From an uncultured Planctomycetaceae bacterium (GTDB lineage Bacteria; Planctomycetota; Planctomycetia; Isosphaerales; Isosphaeraceae), in NCBI GenBank assembly GCA_963833985.1, contig CAWIAD010000002.1:992001-1056000 (forward strand): a stretch of 64,000 bases of DNA. Reading direction: 5' to 3'. Below, in pieces: positions 10,230 through 20,575 of this stretch (positions are counted from its first letter, which is position 1; each line of letters starts with the position of its first letter). Under the pieces are notes generated by a model. The model did not search any database. It was not told where the DNA came from and saw only the letters and a list, made by a program, of their open reading frames with translations. The translations under genes were made by a program, and so were the position numbers.

Positions 10230-11571
10230 ATGGCTGCCATCATGAATTCACCCGTGATCACTGAACAAGCCGCGCCAGCGCCCGTGGCCAGTCCCGGAAC
10301 CGGCGACTGGCGCCACCGCCTGGCACTGATCACCGAGACGATGCGCGAGATGAGCTTGCAGGACGATCCTCAGTCCATGGTGCAGCGCTATGGCGAACGA
10401 ATGCAGAAGCTGATGTCCAGGGACGCGTGGATGTCATTGAGCCGGCGCGGACTGGAGGCGCCCTGGTATCGCATCACGCGCTCCAGCTTGTGGAAAGAGC
10501 CCATCGATCCGTGGAAGCAGCCGGACCGGCTGCCCCTGCTCCAGGGGGGATTGCTTGGTGAGCTTCTCTATGGGGACGAGCCGCGGATCATCGACGACAT
10601 CCAGCCTCTGCTCAAGCCCGACGACCCCGCGCGAGAGTACCTGGAGGGACATCGGTCGCTCCTGGCGGTGCCCCATTTTGACCGGGGTATCGGTATCAAC
10701 ATGGCAATCACGTTGAGCCAGCAGCCGGCGGCCTACGATCCTGAGCAGTTCCCCGAGCGGTACTGGATGAGCAGCCTCTTCGGCCGGGCGACCCACAACC
10801 TGGTTCTCCGGGAGGAGCTCAAGCACGCCTACGAGATCGTCGAGCGCGAGCTCAACGTGGTTGCCGATATCCAGCGCCTCCCTGCTGCCCAAGAAGCTGC
10901 CGACGATTCCGGGCCTGGACATCGCGGTGCATTACCAGACCTCGCAGTGGGCCGGGGGCGACTATTACGATTTCTTCGAGCTGCCCGGGGGCCGCTGGGG
11001 CATCCTCATCGCGGACGTGAGCGGGCATGGTACGCCGGCCGCCGTCATGATGGCCATCCTGCACAGCCTGGCCCACGGCCACCCCGGCCACCCGGAACCG
11101 CCTTCAGCGCTGCTGGAACACGTCAACGCGCGGCTCTCGGCCAGCTACACCACCGAGAACGAGGTGTTCGTGACGGCCTTCTACGGTATCTACGATCCGG
11201 CCGAGCGCCTTTTCACCTACAGTTGCGCCGGGCACAACCCGCCCCAGCTCAAGCGGTGTTCCCTGGGCCGCGTCGATTCACTGGAGGACGTGGGCGGCCC
11301 GCCGCTTGGGGTTTTCCCTGGCGTCGACTACGCCCTGTCACGGCTCACCCTGAACCCGGGCGACATCCTGGTGCTTTATACCGACGGCGTCACCGAGGCC
11401 ATGAACGCCGACAACAAGCAGTTCGGCCTGGAACAGCTCAACGGGGTGCTGCGACGGTGCAACCTGGGTGCTCAGGAAATGCGCGACGCCATCCTGGGGG
11501 CGGTGGACCGCTTCACCGAGAGCAAGTCGGCCCTCGACGACCGCACGCTGCTCGTGGCCAAGGTCCTGTAA
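10230..11571 (+). CDS. GAF + SpoIIE/PP2C phosphatase (1-nt frameshift near 10878)
   Basis: ADIQR|SLLP junction, plus GGDYYDF, IADVSGHG, YTDGVTEA and DDRTLL PP2C motifs. Confidence 0.85.
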
Positions 11572-11583
11572 GAGGAACGCATC

Positions 11584-12267
11584 ATGCAGCCGTTTCATCC
11601 TGGATCGAGCGTGGTCAAGATCGCCCCATCGATTCTCTCGGCCGATGCGTCCCGGCTGGCCGAGGAGGTCTCGAAAGCCCAGCAGGCCGGCGCCGATCGG
11701 ATCCACGTCGACGTGATGGACGGCCACTTCGTGCCCAACCTGACGTTCGGTCCGGTGATCGTCCGCTGGCTGCGGCCCGTGACGCAACTTCCCCTGGAAG
11801 TTCATCTCATGATCGCCCACCCCGACCAGTTTCTGGAAGCCTTCGCCGAGGCGGGCGCCACGACGCTGATCGTGCACCAGGAAGGCGCGGTCCACCTCAA
11901 CCGGACCGTCCAGCACATCAAGTCCCTGGGCTGCCGCGCGGGAGTGGCCATCAACCCCGCCACGCCCGCGGTCATGTTGCAGGAGATCCTGCCCGACCTG
12001 GACCTGGTGCTGGTGATGACGGTGAACCCGGGGTTCGGCGGCCAGGCGTTCTTGCCCGGTACGCTGCCCAAGATCCGGTCGATCCGTGAGAGGATTGATG
12101 CGCTGGGGACCGCTTGTGAGCTCGAGGTGGACGGCGGCATCGATCACGAAACGGCGCCCCTGGTCGTCGCGGCCGGCGCCCGCGTGCTGGTGGCCGGCTC
12201 GTCGATCTACGGTGCCGAGGATGGTGTGGCTGCGGCGCTGGAGCGGCTGCGGAAGTTCCCGGTCTGA
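11584..12267 (+). CDS. rpe: Ribulose-phosphate 3-epimerase
   Basis: IAPSILSAD, HVDVMDGHFVPN, MTVNPGFGGQ and EVDGGI. Confidence 0.95.
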   Translation: MQPFHPGSSVVKIAPSILSADASRLAEEVSKAQQAGADRIHVDVMDGHFVPNLTFGPVIVRWLRPVTQLPLEVHLMIAHPDQFLEAFAEAGATTLIVHQEGAVHLNRTVQHIKSLGCRAGVAINPATPAVMLQEILPDLDLVLVMTVNPGFGGQAFLPGTLPKIRSIRERIDALGTACELEVDGGIDHETAPLVVAAGARVLVAGSSIYGAEDGVAAALERLRKFPV

Positions 12268-12353
12268 CCGGCTGCGAGTGCCGGTCAGAACCAGCAACGG
12301 TGGATCTCAGTCCCAGGCCGGTGCTGCTCCGCTTCACTCCAGGCACTTCGCCT

Positions 12354-13856
12354 TCACGCCATGATTCCCTGGACCAGCTTGCCGGCAATGTCCGTGAGGC
12401 GGTAGTAACGGCCCTGGTACTTGTAGGTCAGGCGCTCGTGGTCGATGCCCAGGAGCGACAGGATCGTCGCGTGGAAGTCGTGCACGTGCACGGGATCGGC
12501 CGTGATGTTGTAGCCGTACTCATCGGTCTGGCCGAAGGTCAGGCCCGCCTTCATGCCGCCGCCCGCGCCCCAGACGGTGAAACAGCGCGGGTGGTGGTCG
12601 CGGCCGTAGTCGGTGGGGGTCAGCTTGCCCTGGCTATAGTTGGTGCGGCCAAACTCGCCACCCCAGAGCACAAGCGTGTCGTCGAGCATTCCACGCTGTT
12701 TCAGGTCCTGGACCAGTGCGGCGGAAGCCTGGTCGGTCTCGCGGCAGAGGTAGCGGATCGACGACGGCAGGTTGCCGTGGTGGTCCCAGCCGGGGTGGTA
12801 AAGCTGGATGAACCGGACGCCGCGCTCGGCCAGACGTCGGGCCAGCAGGCAATTGGCCGCGAACGTGCCTGGCCTGCGCGCGTCGGGTCCATAAAGATCG
12901 TAGATATGATCTGGCTCGGATGCCAGGCTGGTTGCCTCCGGTACCGACGTCTGCATCCGGTACGCCATCTCGTACTGGGCGATCCGCGCCTGGATGGCCG
13001 GATCAAGCTCGGCGTCATGCTCGATCTGGTGCAGCTCGCGCAGGCGGTCGAGCATCTTCCGCCGTCCGCCCGGGGAGATGCCTGGCGGGTTGTCGAGGTA
13101 GAGCACCGGCTCGGCCCCGGCGCGGAACTGGACGCCCTGGTGGACCGAGGGCAGGAAGCCGTTGCCCCAGAGCCGCGAGTAGAGCGGCTGGTCCACCGGG
13201 CGCTGGGTGATGAGCACGCAGAACGCAGGCAGATTCTGGTTCGTCGAACCCAGGCCGTAGCTCAGCCAGGCTCCCATCGACGGGCGGCCGGCAATCTGCG
13301 ATCCCGTCTGGAAGAAGGTGATGGCCGGGTCGTGGTTGATCGCCTCGGTGTAGAGCGAGCGGATCACGCACAGGTCGTCGACCACGCGGGCGGTGTGCGG
13401 CAAGAGGTCGCTGACCCAGGTTCCCGACTGACCGAAGCGGGCGAACGGGAAGATCGACCCGGCCAGCGGCAAGGTGGCCTGGTTGCCCGACATGCTCGTC
13501 AGCCGTTGCCCCATCCGGACCGATTCCGGAAGGTCCTGGCCGTTCATGCGGTTGAGCAGAGGCTTGTGGTCGAACAGGTCGAGCTGCGACGGCCCACCGC
13601 TCATGAACAGATAAATGACCCGCCTGGCCCTGGGCGGATGGTGAGGCGCCGCCAGGATCCCGCGGTAGGCCGGGTCAGCCTTGGCAGCAGGCTGCCGCGC
13701 GACGTCGGCAGCTCCCTCGTTCTCGCCCGCGCCCGCCTCCCCGGCCAGCAGGCTGGCCAGGGCCATCGAGCCCAGGCCCAGGCTGGTCCGTCCAAAGAAG
13801 TGCCGGCGGTTGAGCTGCAACGCGCCCTCGGCGGGTGTGGGGTCCGGGCCGTTCAT
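12354..13856 (-). CDS. DUF1501 domain protein (Tat-exported)
   Basis: NRRHFF Tat motif, FMSGGPSQLDLFD, GWDHH, GEFGRT and GRDHH. Confidence 0.9.
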   Translation of the reverse strand: MNGPDPTPAEGALQLNRRHFFGRTSLGLGSMALASLLAGEAGAGENEGAADVARQPAAKADPAYRGILAAPHHPPRARRVIYLFMSGGPSQLDLFDHKPLLNRMNGQDLPESVRMGQRLTSMSGNQATLPLAGSIFPFARFGQSGTWVSDLLPHTARVVDDLCVIRSLYTEAINHDPAITFFQTGSQIAGRPSMGAWLSYGLGSTNQNLPAFCVLITQRPVDQPLYSRLWGNGFLPSVHQGVQFRAGAEPVLYLDNPPGISPGGRRKMLDRLRELHQIEHDAELDPAIQARIAQYEMAYRMQTSVPEATSLASEPDHIYDLYGPDARRPGTFAANCLLARRLAERGVRFIQLYHPGWDHHGNLPSSIRYLCRETDQASAALVQDLKQRGMLDDTLVLWGGEFGRTNYSQGKLTPTDYGRDHHPRCFTVWGAGGGMKAGLTFGQTDEYGYNITADPVHVHDFHATILSLLGIDHERLTYKYQGRYYRLTDIAGKLVQGIMA

Positions 13857-13882
13857 GCGAACTCCTGATCCGTCTGGTGACT

Positions 13883-16800
13883 TCATCGCTTCATGACCGT
13901 CTCGTCGTGGTTCATGACCGCCTGTGCCAGGACCGTCCACGCGGCCAGCTCGGCAGGGTCGATGGCGGGATCACGCGGGGCGTCGCCCACGCCAAGCAGC
14001 TTGCCGGCGTCGGATCGTCCGGCGCGGAACTCGTCGTAGGCTTCTCGATACAGCGCCTCGAGCACCGGCAGCTCGCGCTCGTTCGGGCGGCGTCCGGTGA
14101 GGAGACGGAAGATCATGACAGCGCGCTGGCCGGGCGAGGAGCCGCCCTCGTGCACGGCACGCTGCGCCACCGCCCGGGCCGCCTCGACATACTGCGGATC
14201 ATTGAGCAGGACCAGTGCCTGGAGCGGCGTGGCCGTAGGGAGCCGCTTCACGGCGCAGACCTCGCGGCTGGTGGCGTCGAAGGTGAGCATGGACGGCGGG
14301 GGCGACGTCCGTTTCCAGAACGTGTACAGGCTGCGGCGGTGCGAGCCCTCGCCGACGTCGCGGACATACTCGATGTTCGCCTTCTCCTTCCAGAGCCCTG
14401 CCGGCTGGTACGGCTTGACAGGCGGACCGCCGAGCCTGCCGGCAAGCAGCCCGCCAGCGGCCAGCGCGGTATCGCGGATCATCTCGGCGGGCAGCCGCAG
14501 CCGCGGGCCGCGCGCGAGCAGGATGTTGTCGGGGTCGCGTGACAGGAGCTCGGGCGCGGCTTCCGACGCTTGCCGGTAGGTCGCCGAGGTGACGATTTGC
14601 CGCCAGAGGGCCTTGACGTCCCAGCCGGAATCGATGAACCGGCGCGCCAGCCAGTCGAGTAGCTCGGGATGCGAGGGCAACTGGCCCTGGCTGCCGAAAT
14701 CCTCGGGGGTGGCCACGATCCCCCGGCCGAAGATCGATTGCCAGTAACGGTTGACCGTCACCCTTGCCGTCAGGGGGTTGCTCGGGTCGGTCACCCAGCG
14801 CGCCAGGCCCAGCCGATTCCGTGGCCACCCGGAGGCGAATGGCGGCAGGGCCGCGGGCGTGTTCCGCGCGACCCGCTCGCCGGGCGCGTCGTACGCACCT
14901 CGACGGAGCACGAACGCCGGCCGCGGCTGCGGCAGCTCCTTCATGACCATGATCTCGGGCACGGGGTCGACCAGGGCGCTGCGCTTCTGGCGCAGCACCT
15001 TGAGATCGGCCAGGCGTGCCTGATACGCGGCGTCGTAGCTGGCAAGGTAGTAGGCGAACAGACCCTGGCGCTGCCGCGCCGTGAGCCTGGCCGGATCGGT
15101 GTGCAACGCCTCGCTCAGGCTCTTGCCGTCGGCAAGCTGTGCGGCCTCCAGCGGCGTGATCGACCGCTCGAAGATATGGAGTTCGTCGACGAGCCCATTC
15201 TTGAAGCCGCGATCGCGGAACCGCTGGCCGACGGTGAGCGCGTCGCCGCCTCCGCCCGTGATGTTCTTGGTGAGCTTGTCGCGCACGACCTCGCAATCAG
15301 CCCGCCGGCCGTCCACATAAAGGACGAGGCCGCTGGCCCGGCTCGAGCCATCGTAGGCCATCACCACGTGCACCCAGCGGCCGGTTGGCAGGTCCGCCTG
15401 CGTGGTGATGCCGATGGCGTTGCCTGGCCAGAAGTGAACGAGATGCGCGCTCAGCTTGCCATCCTCGATCAGGAGCTCGTATCCGCGGCTGCCGGCATCG
15501 GTCCAGGCGCGCGAGCGATGCAGGATCACCGCGCGGTCCTTGCGGTCGGGAGTCTGGATCCAGAGGCCAATCGAGAACGGTTCGAAGCGGTCGAAGTTCC
15601 CCAGCGGAAGCTTGATGTTGTTTTCTCCGCTGAGCTTCAGGGCCTTGCCGGCGCGGCCCTCCACCAGCTCCGGGTCCTCGACCACCTGGCCGGGCTTCGT
15701 GGGGTCGGCACGGTTCTCGACCTTCAGGTTCTTGATGGCATCGAGCGGGAACTCGCCGATCTTGCCGTTCATGACCGGGGGCGCGTGGCCCTGGCGGTCG
15801 AGCACGCGGAGCCAGGCCTCGAACATCCGCGACCGTGCCGCGGCGAGCGTGCTCAGCCCCTGCTCCGCATCGTCGATCTGCCGCTCGACGGCAGCAATGG
15901 CCCGGTCGGTCTCGTCGCTGGAGAGCAGCAAGGTCGGCGTGGGCATCGCGTCGGTGAAGTGCGAGTAGAGCCCGGATTCGTCGATGCTGTTGAAGAAGCT
16001 CGAGAGCGAGTAGAAGTCCTTCTGGGTGATCGGGTCGTACTTGTGGTCGTGGCAACGGGAGCATTCGACCGTGAGCCCCAGGAACGCCGCGCCGAAGGTG
16101 ATGGTGCGGTCGGCGACGTATTCATTGCGCCATTCCTCCTCGATCGAACCTCCCTCGTTGGTCTGGCGATGATGGCGGTTGAAGGCCGTGGCCAGGGTCT
16201 GCTCGCGCGTGGGGTGGGGCAGGAGGTCGCCGGCAAGCTGCCAGGTGATGAAGGTGTCAAAGGGCAGGTTCGTGTTGAAAGCCCGGACCACCCAGTCGCG
16301 CCAGGGCCAGGTGGCGCGGTAGACATCGGCCTGGTAGCCGTGGGTATCGGCGTAGCGGGCCACGTCGAGCCAGTCGACGGCCATGCGCTCGCCGAACCGG
16401 GGCGAGGCGAGCAGGCGATCCACCAGGTGCTCGTAAGCGCCGGGCCGGTTGTCGGCCAGGAAGGCGTCGATCTCCTCGAGCGAGGGCGGCAGCCCCGTGA
16501 GGTCCAGCGTGACCCGGCGGATGAGGCGTTCCCTGCTCGCCTCAGGAGCCGGCGAAAGCCCCTCGGCCTCGAGCCTGGCCAGCACGAAACGGTCGATCGC
16601 GTTGCGCGGCCAGGCCGCGGTCCGCACGTCGGGAAGCGGGCCGTTGGCGGGAGGCAGGAACGCCCAGTGCTTCTTCCACTCGGCGCCCTCGGCGACCCAC
16701 CGCTTCAAGAGGTCCACCTCGTGCGGCGTCAGGGTTCGCCCCAGCGACCTGGGTGGCATGCGCTCGGTCTCGTCCTCCGCCGTGATCCGCGCCACCAGCT

Positions 16801-17125
16801 CGCTGGCATCGAGATCTCCCGGCACGATGGCGCGGCCGTCGGACTTGAGCCTGGCGAAGGCCCCCTCCTGCGTGTCCAGCCGCAGGCCGGCCTTGCGACG
16901 ACGCGCGTCCGGCCCGTGGCAGCTATAGCACCTGTCCGAGAGGATCGGGCGAATGTCGTAGTTGAAGTCGACCCTTCGAGCAGGGGCGCGGTCGGCCGCT
17001 TGGGCCAGTGAGGCAGCCAGCACCGGCAACGCGGCCAGAGCCACGCGCAGGATCGTTGCCTTGCCCACTCCAGGAACACTCCAGCCCGCCGCCGGTCGCG
17101 TCATGACTTCTCCCGATGCACTCAT
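13883..17125 (-). CDS. Planctomycete cytochrome c / DUF1549 / LamG / DUF1553 protein
   Basis: CYSCH and CSRCH haem motifs, RRVTLDLTGLPP, HPELLDWLA, TPLQAL, and a central LamG-like domain. Start codon uncertain (17125 or 17104). Confidence 0.9.
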   Translation of the reverse strand: MSASGEVMTRPAAGWSVPGVGKATILRVALAALPVLAASLAQAADRAPARRVDFNYDIRPILSDRCYSCHGPDARRRKAGLRLDTQEGAFARLKSDGRAIVPGDLDASELVARITAEDETERMPPRSLGRTLTPHEVDLLKRWVAEGAEWKKHWAFLPPANGPLPDVRTAAWPRNAIDRFVLARLEAEGLSPAPEASRERLIRRVTLDLTGLPPSLEEIDAFLADNRPGAYEHLVDRLLASPRFGERMAVDWLDVARYADTHGYQADVYRATWPWRDWVVRAFNTNLPFDTFITWQLAGDLLPHPTREQTLATAFNRHHRQTNEGGSIEEEWRNEYVADRTITFGAAFLGLTVECSRCHDHKYDPITQKDFYSLSSFFNSIDESGLYSHFTDAMPTPTLLLSSDETDRAIAAVERQIDDAEQGLSTLAAARSRMFEAWLRVLDRQGHAPPVMNGKIGEFPLDAIKNLKVENRADPTKPGQVVEDPELVEGRAGKALKLSGENNIKLPLGNFDRFEPFSIGLWIQTPDRKDRAVILHRSRAWTDAGSRGYELLIEDGKLSAHLVHFWPGNAIGITTQADLPTGRWVHVVMAYDGSSRASGLVLYVDGRRADCEVVRDKLTKNITGGGGDALTVGQRFRDRGFKNGLVDELHIFERSITPLEAAQLADGKSLSEALHTDPARLTARQRQGLFAYYLASYDAAYQARLADLKVLRQKRSALVDPVPEIMVMKELPQPRPAFVLRRGAYDAPGERVARNTPAALPPFASGWPRNRLGLARWVTDPSNPLTARVTVNRYWQSIFGRGIVATPEDFGSQGQLPSHPELLDWLARRFIDSGWDVKALWRQIVTSATYRQASEAAPELLSRDPDNILLARGPRLRLPAEMIRDTALAAGGLLAGRLGGPPVKPYQPAGLWKEKANIEYVRDVGEGSHRRSLYTFWKRTSPPPSMLTFDATSREVCAVKRLPTATPLQALVLLNDPQYVEAARAVAQRAVHEGGSSPGQRAVMIFRLLTGRRPNERELPVLEALYREAYDEFRAGRSDAGKLLGVGDAPRDPAIDPAELAAWTVLAQAVMNHDETVMKR

Positions 17126-17205
17126 GCGGATGTCGCTGGCTCAATCCCTGGATTTTATCGCAGTCCGGGTTCGCGGACAAACCGTGATCCCTCGACCCGA
17201 CGGAA

Positions 17206-17278
17206 CCACACACGGCATGGGCCGATCGGGGCTGGTTCCACACACGGCATGGGCCGATCGGGTCTGATTCCACGCGGC
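17206..17278. repeat. 32-bp tandem repeat (2 full copies + partial)
   Basis: CCACACACGGCATGGGCCGATCGGG(G/T)CTG(G/A)TT at 17206 and 17238, with a partial CCACGCGGC at 17270. Lies between divergent genes. Confidence 0.8.
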
Positions 17279-17420
17279 TTTCCGGATTGCGGATCTTGAC
17301 ATCCAGTGCTTTGTGCCGCAAAGTAATTGTCGCCCATTCGCTTTGTTATGCAAAGTCAGTCAGTTGGCTCCCTCTTTTATTCGATTCCGGGATCATTACC
17401 CCTCAGAAGGCAGGTTCCTG

Positions 17421-18941
17421 ATGAAGACGCTTTGGATTCCCAAGGACATGCAGGAGCCCCCGCTACTGGACAAGGGTATCAGGCCCGCGTCTCCGGTCCC
17501 CAGGCACGCCCTCCTGATCAACCCGTTTTACGCCAAGGATCCGCATGCCAGCTTCGGCAAGCACGTGCTCACGCCGTCGCTGGCCTTGACGAGCATCGCG
17601 GGGGCGACACCCGCGGAGTGGACCGTGGACTACTGGGATGAGAACCTGCTACAGGGCCCGCCGCCGTGGCAGCCGTTTCCGCAGGTGGTGGGCATCACGG
17701 TCCATCTCACATTCGCCGAGCGGGCCTACGAGCTGGCGGCCTGGTATCGCCAGCGCGGGGCAGTCGTGGTCATGGGGGGCCTGCACGTGCTCTCCTGCCC
17801 CGAAGAGGCCGCGCCGCATGCCGATGTGCTGGCCATCGGTGAAGGGGTGCAGATCTGGCCCCAGATCCTCCGCGATGTCGCCGACGGAACGGTGCAGCAG
17901 GTTTACCGGGGAGACTATCGCCGTCCTTACCGCGAGGAGCCGGCCCCCCGGCGCTCGCTCTTGCCCCGCCGGGCCTTCCTGACCACGACCAGCCTGATCG
18001 CCACGCGCGGCTGCCACAACCGCTGCGGCTTCTGCTACCTCAGTACCCGGGGCCTGATGATGCCCTACCAGGTGCGCGACGTCGCTCAGGTCGTCGCCGA
18101 GTTCCAGGCGGACGGCCAGCCCTACGGCGTCTTCATCGATAACAACCTGGGGTCCCGCCCCGACTACCTGCGTCAGCTCTGCCGCGCGTTACGGCCGCTC
18201 GAGAAGATCTGGAGCGGCGCGGTCTCGATCGACGTGACCGATGATCCTTCCCTGGTTTGTGAGATGGCGCTGGCGGGCTGCACCGGGGTCTTCGTGGGGT
18301 TCGAGTCGCTGTCCGATCGCAACCTGATCGACGCGCAGAAGAAGACGCCGCTGGCGGCCGACTACGCGCACCGCGTGGCCATCTTTCACGACCATGGTAT
18401 CCAGGTCAACGGAAGTTTCGTGCTCGGCTTTGACCATGACCACCCGGACGTCTTTGGCCGGACGGTCGAGTGGATCGAGGCTAACCGCCTGGAGTGCGCG
18501 ACCTTCCACGTCCTCACGCCCTATCCGGGCACCCCGCTGTTTCGCCAGTTCGAGAGCGAAGGACGCCTGCTGCACAGGAACTGGTCACGCTATGACACGG
18601 CCCACGTCGTGTTCCGCCCGCGTCACATGACCGAACAGCAACTCGCCGAGGGCTACGCCTGGTGCTACGAGCGGCTCTTCTCGCACGGGTCGATCTGGCG
18701 GCGCAGGCCTGCACAGTGGCAGGCGGTTGCTCCCTACCTGGCGATGTCCTACCTCTACAAGCGGTCCAACCGCTGCTGGGACGTGCTCATACGCAAGCAA
18801 TGGACGCATGCGGTGTGGAGGCCCCTGGTCGAGCTCTCCCGGCGCAGGCACGTCCGCCTTCGCAAGGAATTGCGCATCCGGGCCATGCCATCCGGCGAGC
18901 CGCTCACTCTCCAGGGGCCGGTGATGTCCCCCGGAGTTTAG
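17421..18941 (+). CDS. B12-binding radical SAM protein
   Basis: VVMGGLH cobalamin-binding region, RGCHNRCGFC (CxxxCxxC), and TPYPGTPL. Confidence 0.9.
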   Translation: MKTLWIPKDMQEPPLLDKGIRPASPVPRHALLINPFYAKDPHASFGKHVLTPSLALTSIAGATPAEWTVDYWDENLLQGPPPWQPFPQVVGITVHLTFAERAYELAAWYRQRGAVVVMGGLHVLSCPEEAAPHADVLAIGEGVQIWPQILRDVADGTVQQVYRGDYRRPYREEPAPRRSLLPRRAFLTTTSLIATRGCHNRCGFCYLSTRGLMMPYQVRDVAQVVAEFQADGQPYGVFIDNNLGSRPDYLRQLCRALRPLEKIWSGAVSIDVTDDPSLVCEMALAGCTGVFVGFESLSDRNLIDAQKKTPLAADYAHRVAIFHDHGIQVNGSFVLGFDHDHPDVFGRTVEWIEANRLECATFHVLTPYPGTPLFRQFESEGRLLHRNWSRYDTAHVVFRPRHMTEQQLAEGYAWCYERLFSHGSIWRRRPAQWQAVAPYLAMSYLYKRSNRCWDVLIRKQWTHAVWRPLVELSRRRHVRLRKELRIRAMPSGEPLTLQGPVMSPGV

Positions 18942-18972
18942 GGTTCGTGAGTCATGCTCGCCGGGGTTTCGG

Positions 18973-19284
18973 TCAATCATGAATGGCCTTGGTATCGACG
19001 ACGCGGCCGATGCGGGCGAGACGAGTTTCCAGGGCTCGGAAGAGTTCCCGGTTCTGTTCCTTCGCCTCGTGATGCTCCATGGCGAACCTGCAACCGGCAA
19101 TCGCAAAGCAGGCGCCCAGGCAGCCTCCCATCATGCCCACTTCCTCGGTTGACAGTAAGATCCGCACGGGACCGGCCAGCGCGCCGACCAGCGCGCCTGA
19201 GACGGTCCCGCCGAACACGATGGCCGCGTAGGTCACAAGCTTGGAGATCATCTGAACGGTCTTTCCTCTGCCAGGGTATTTCAT
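18973..19284 (-). CDS. Small membrane protein (glycine-zipper-like)
   Basis: Two Gly-rich hydrophobic helices followed by a charged tail. Confidence 0.5.
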   Translation of the reverse strand: MKYPGRGKTVQMISKLVTYAAIVFGGTVSGALVGALAGPVRILLSTEEVGMMGGCLGACFAIAGCRFAMEHHEAKEQNRELFRALETRLARIGRVVDTKAIHD

Positions 19285-20575
19285 GAGTCGTCTGCTCCGG
19301 TCCACAAGGGAACCGGTTCACGAAGAAACAAGATCGAAGGCACAGGGCAGCGTGCCTCACAGGGGTTGGACGTGCATGGCGTTCGACATGAACCCCTATC
19401 AGGTTCCTAGCTCGGCGGCTTGCCACTGTCAAGAACGACCCCACAGGAGGCCTGGCTAAGCAGATCCGTAGAAGTCATTGGACGGGATTCCAGTGCGCCG
19501 TGGAAAGGTGTTGGTCTTCAGTGGGTGTAACTCCCACCCGGCAACTGGGTCGCTCCAGCCGGTAGCTATCGGAGCGGCGGTGGAGGAGACGAAACCGTCG
19601 GAGCCTTCGAGACAGATGTGTCGCTTGGCGATGCAGCGAACCGACAGGCCGTAACGCGAGTGAACGTTGAGCAGGCCTCGAAAAGTCCAATGTGGTCGCC
19701 GACCTTGCTGGAATATGGGGAAGGCCGCCGTCGCTGGGGATGAAAGGGAAACGGTTGGAATAGGCCGCCCCACGAGCGATCAGAACCCAGCGGGCCACCG
19801 GGGTATTGACGACGGCATGTCGGCACACGGAGATCAACACAACACGGGAAACCCCAAGCGGTGAGGGCGCGTGACCCTCAACCGGACGCCCGCGAGGGAC
19901 CGGCCGGGCTGCCTGGGGTGGCGGAGAGGCCCGTAGTACCGTCGACGCCGGGTAACTCCGGTCGAGGGAAGGGGCCTTGGTTCAAGGTCAACGCAACAAG
20001 CGGCAGACAGCCGGGAGATTGGCGTGAGTCTATCACCTCCACTGAAGGTCGGGAAGTTGCAGACGGCGTTGCACACCAAAGCGAAGAACGCGCCCAACTA
20101 TCGGTTCTACGTCCTGTACGACAAGATTTATCGACGTGACGTTCTGGGATTCGCCTACGAACGCTGCCGTGCCAACGGCGGCGCGCCGGGGATCGACGGC
20201 CAGAGTTTCGCCGACATCGAGGCGTCCGGGAAGGAACGATGGCTGGACGAACTGGCGGAACAACTTCGTAAGGAGACGTATCAACCCCAGGCGGTGCGGC
20301 GCGTGTACATCCCCAAAGGGGACGGCAAGCAAAGGCCGCTGGGCATTCCTTGCATCAAGGATCGTGTGGTGCAGATGGCTGCGGTGCTGGTCTTGGAGCC
20401 GATCTTCGAGGCCGACCTGGAGCCGGAACAACACGCCTACCGCCCGGAGCGCAGCGCCCTGGACGCCGTCCGCGAAGTCGAACGGCTGCTCAAGACGGGG
20501 CACACCGAGGTGGTGGACGCGGACTTATCTGGATATTTCGATAGCATACCCCATTCCGAGTTAATGAAATCGGCG

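Noticed and set aside
17206..17278. CRISPR array
   Set aside because: The repeats are contiguous with no unique spacers, and there are no cas genes.
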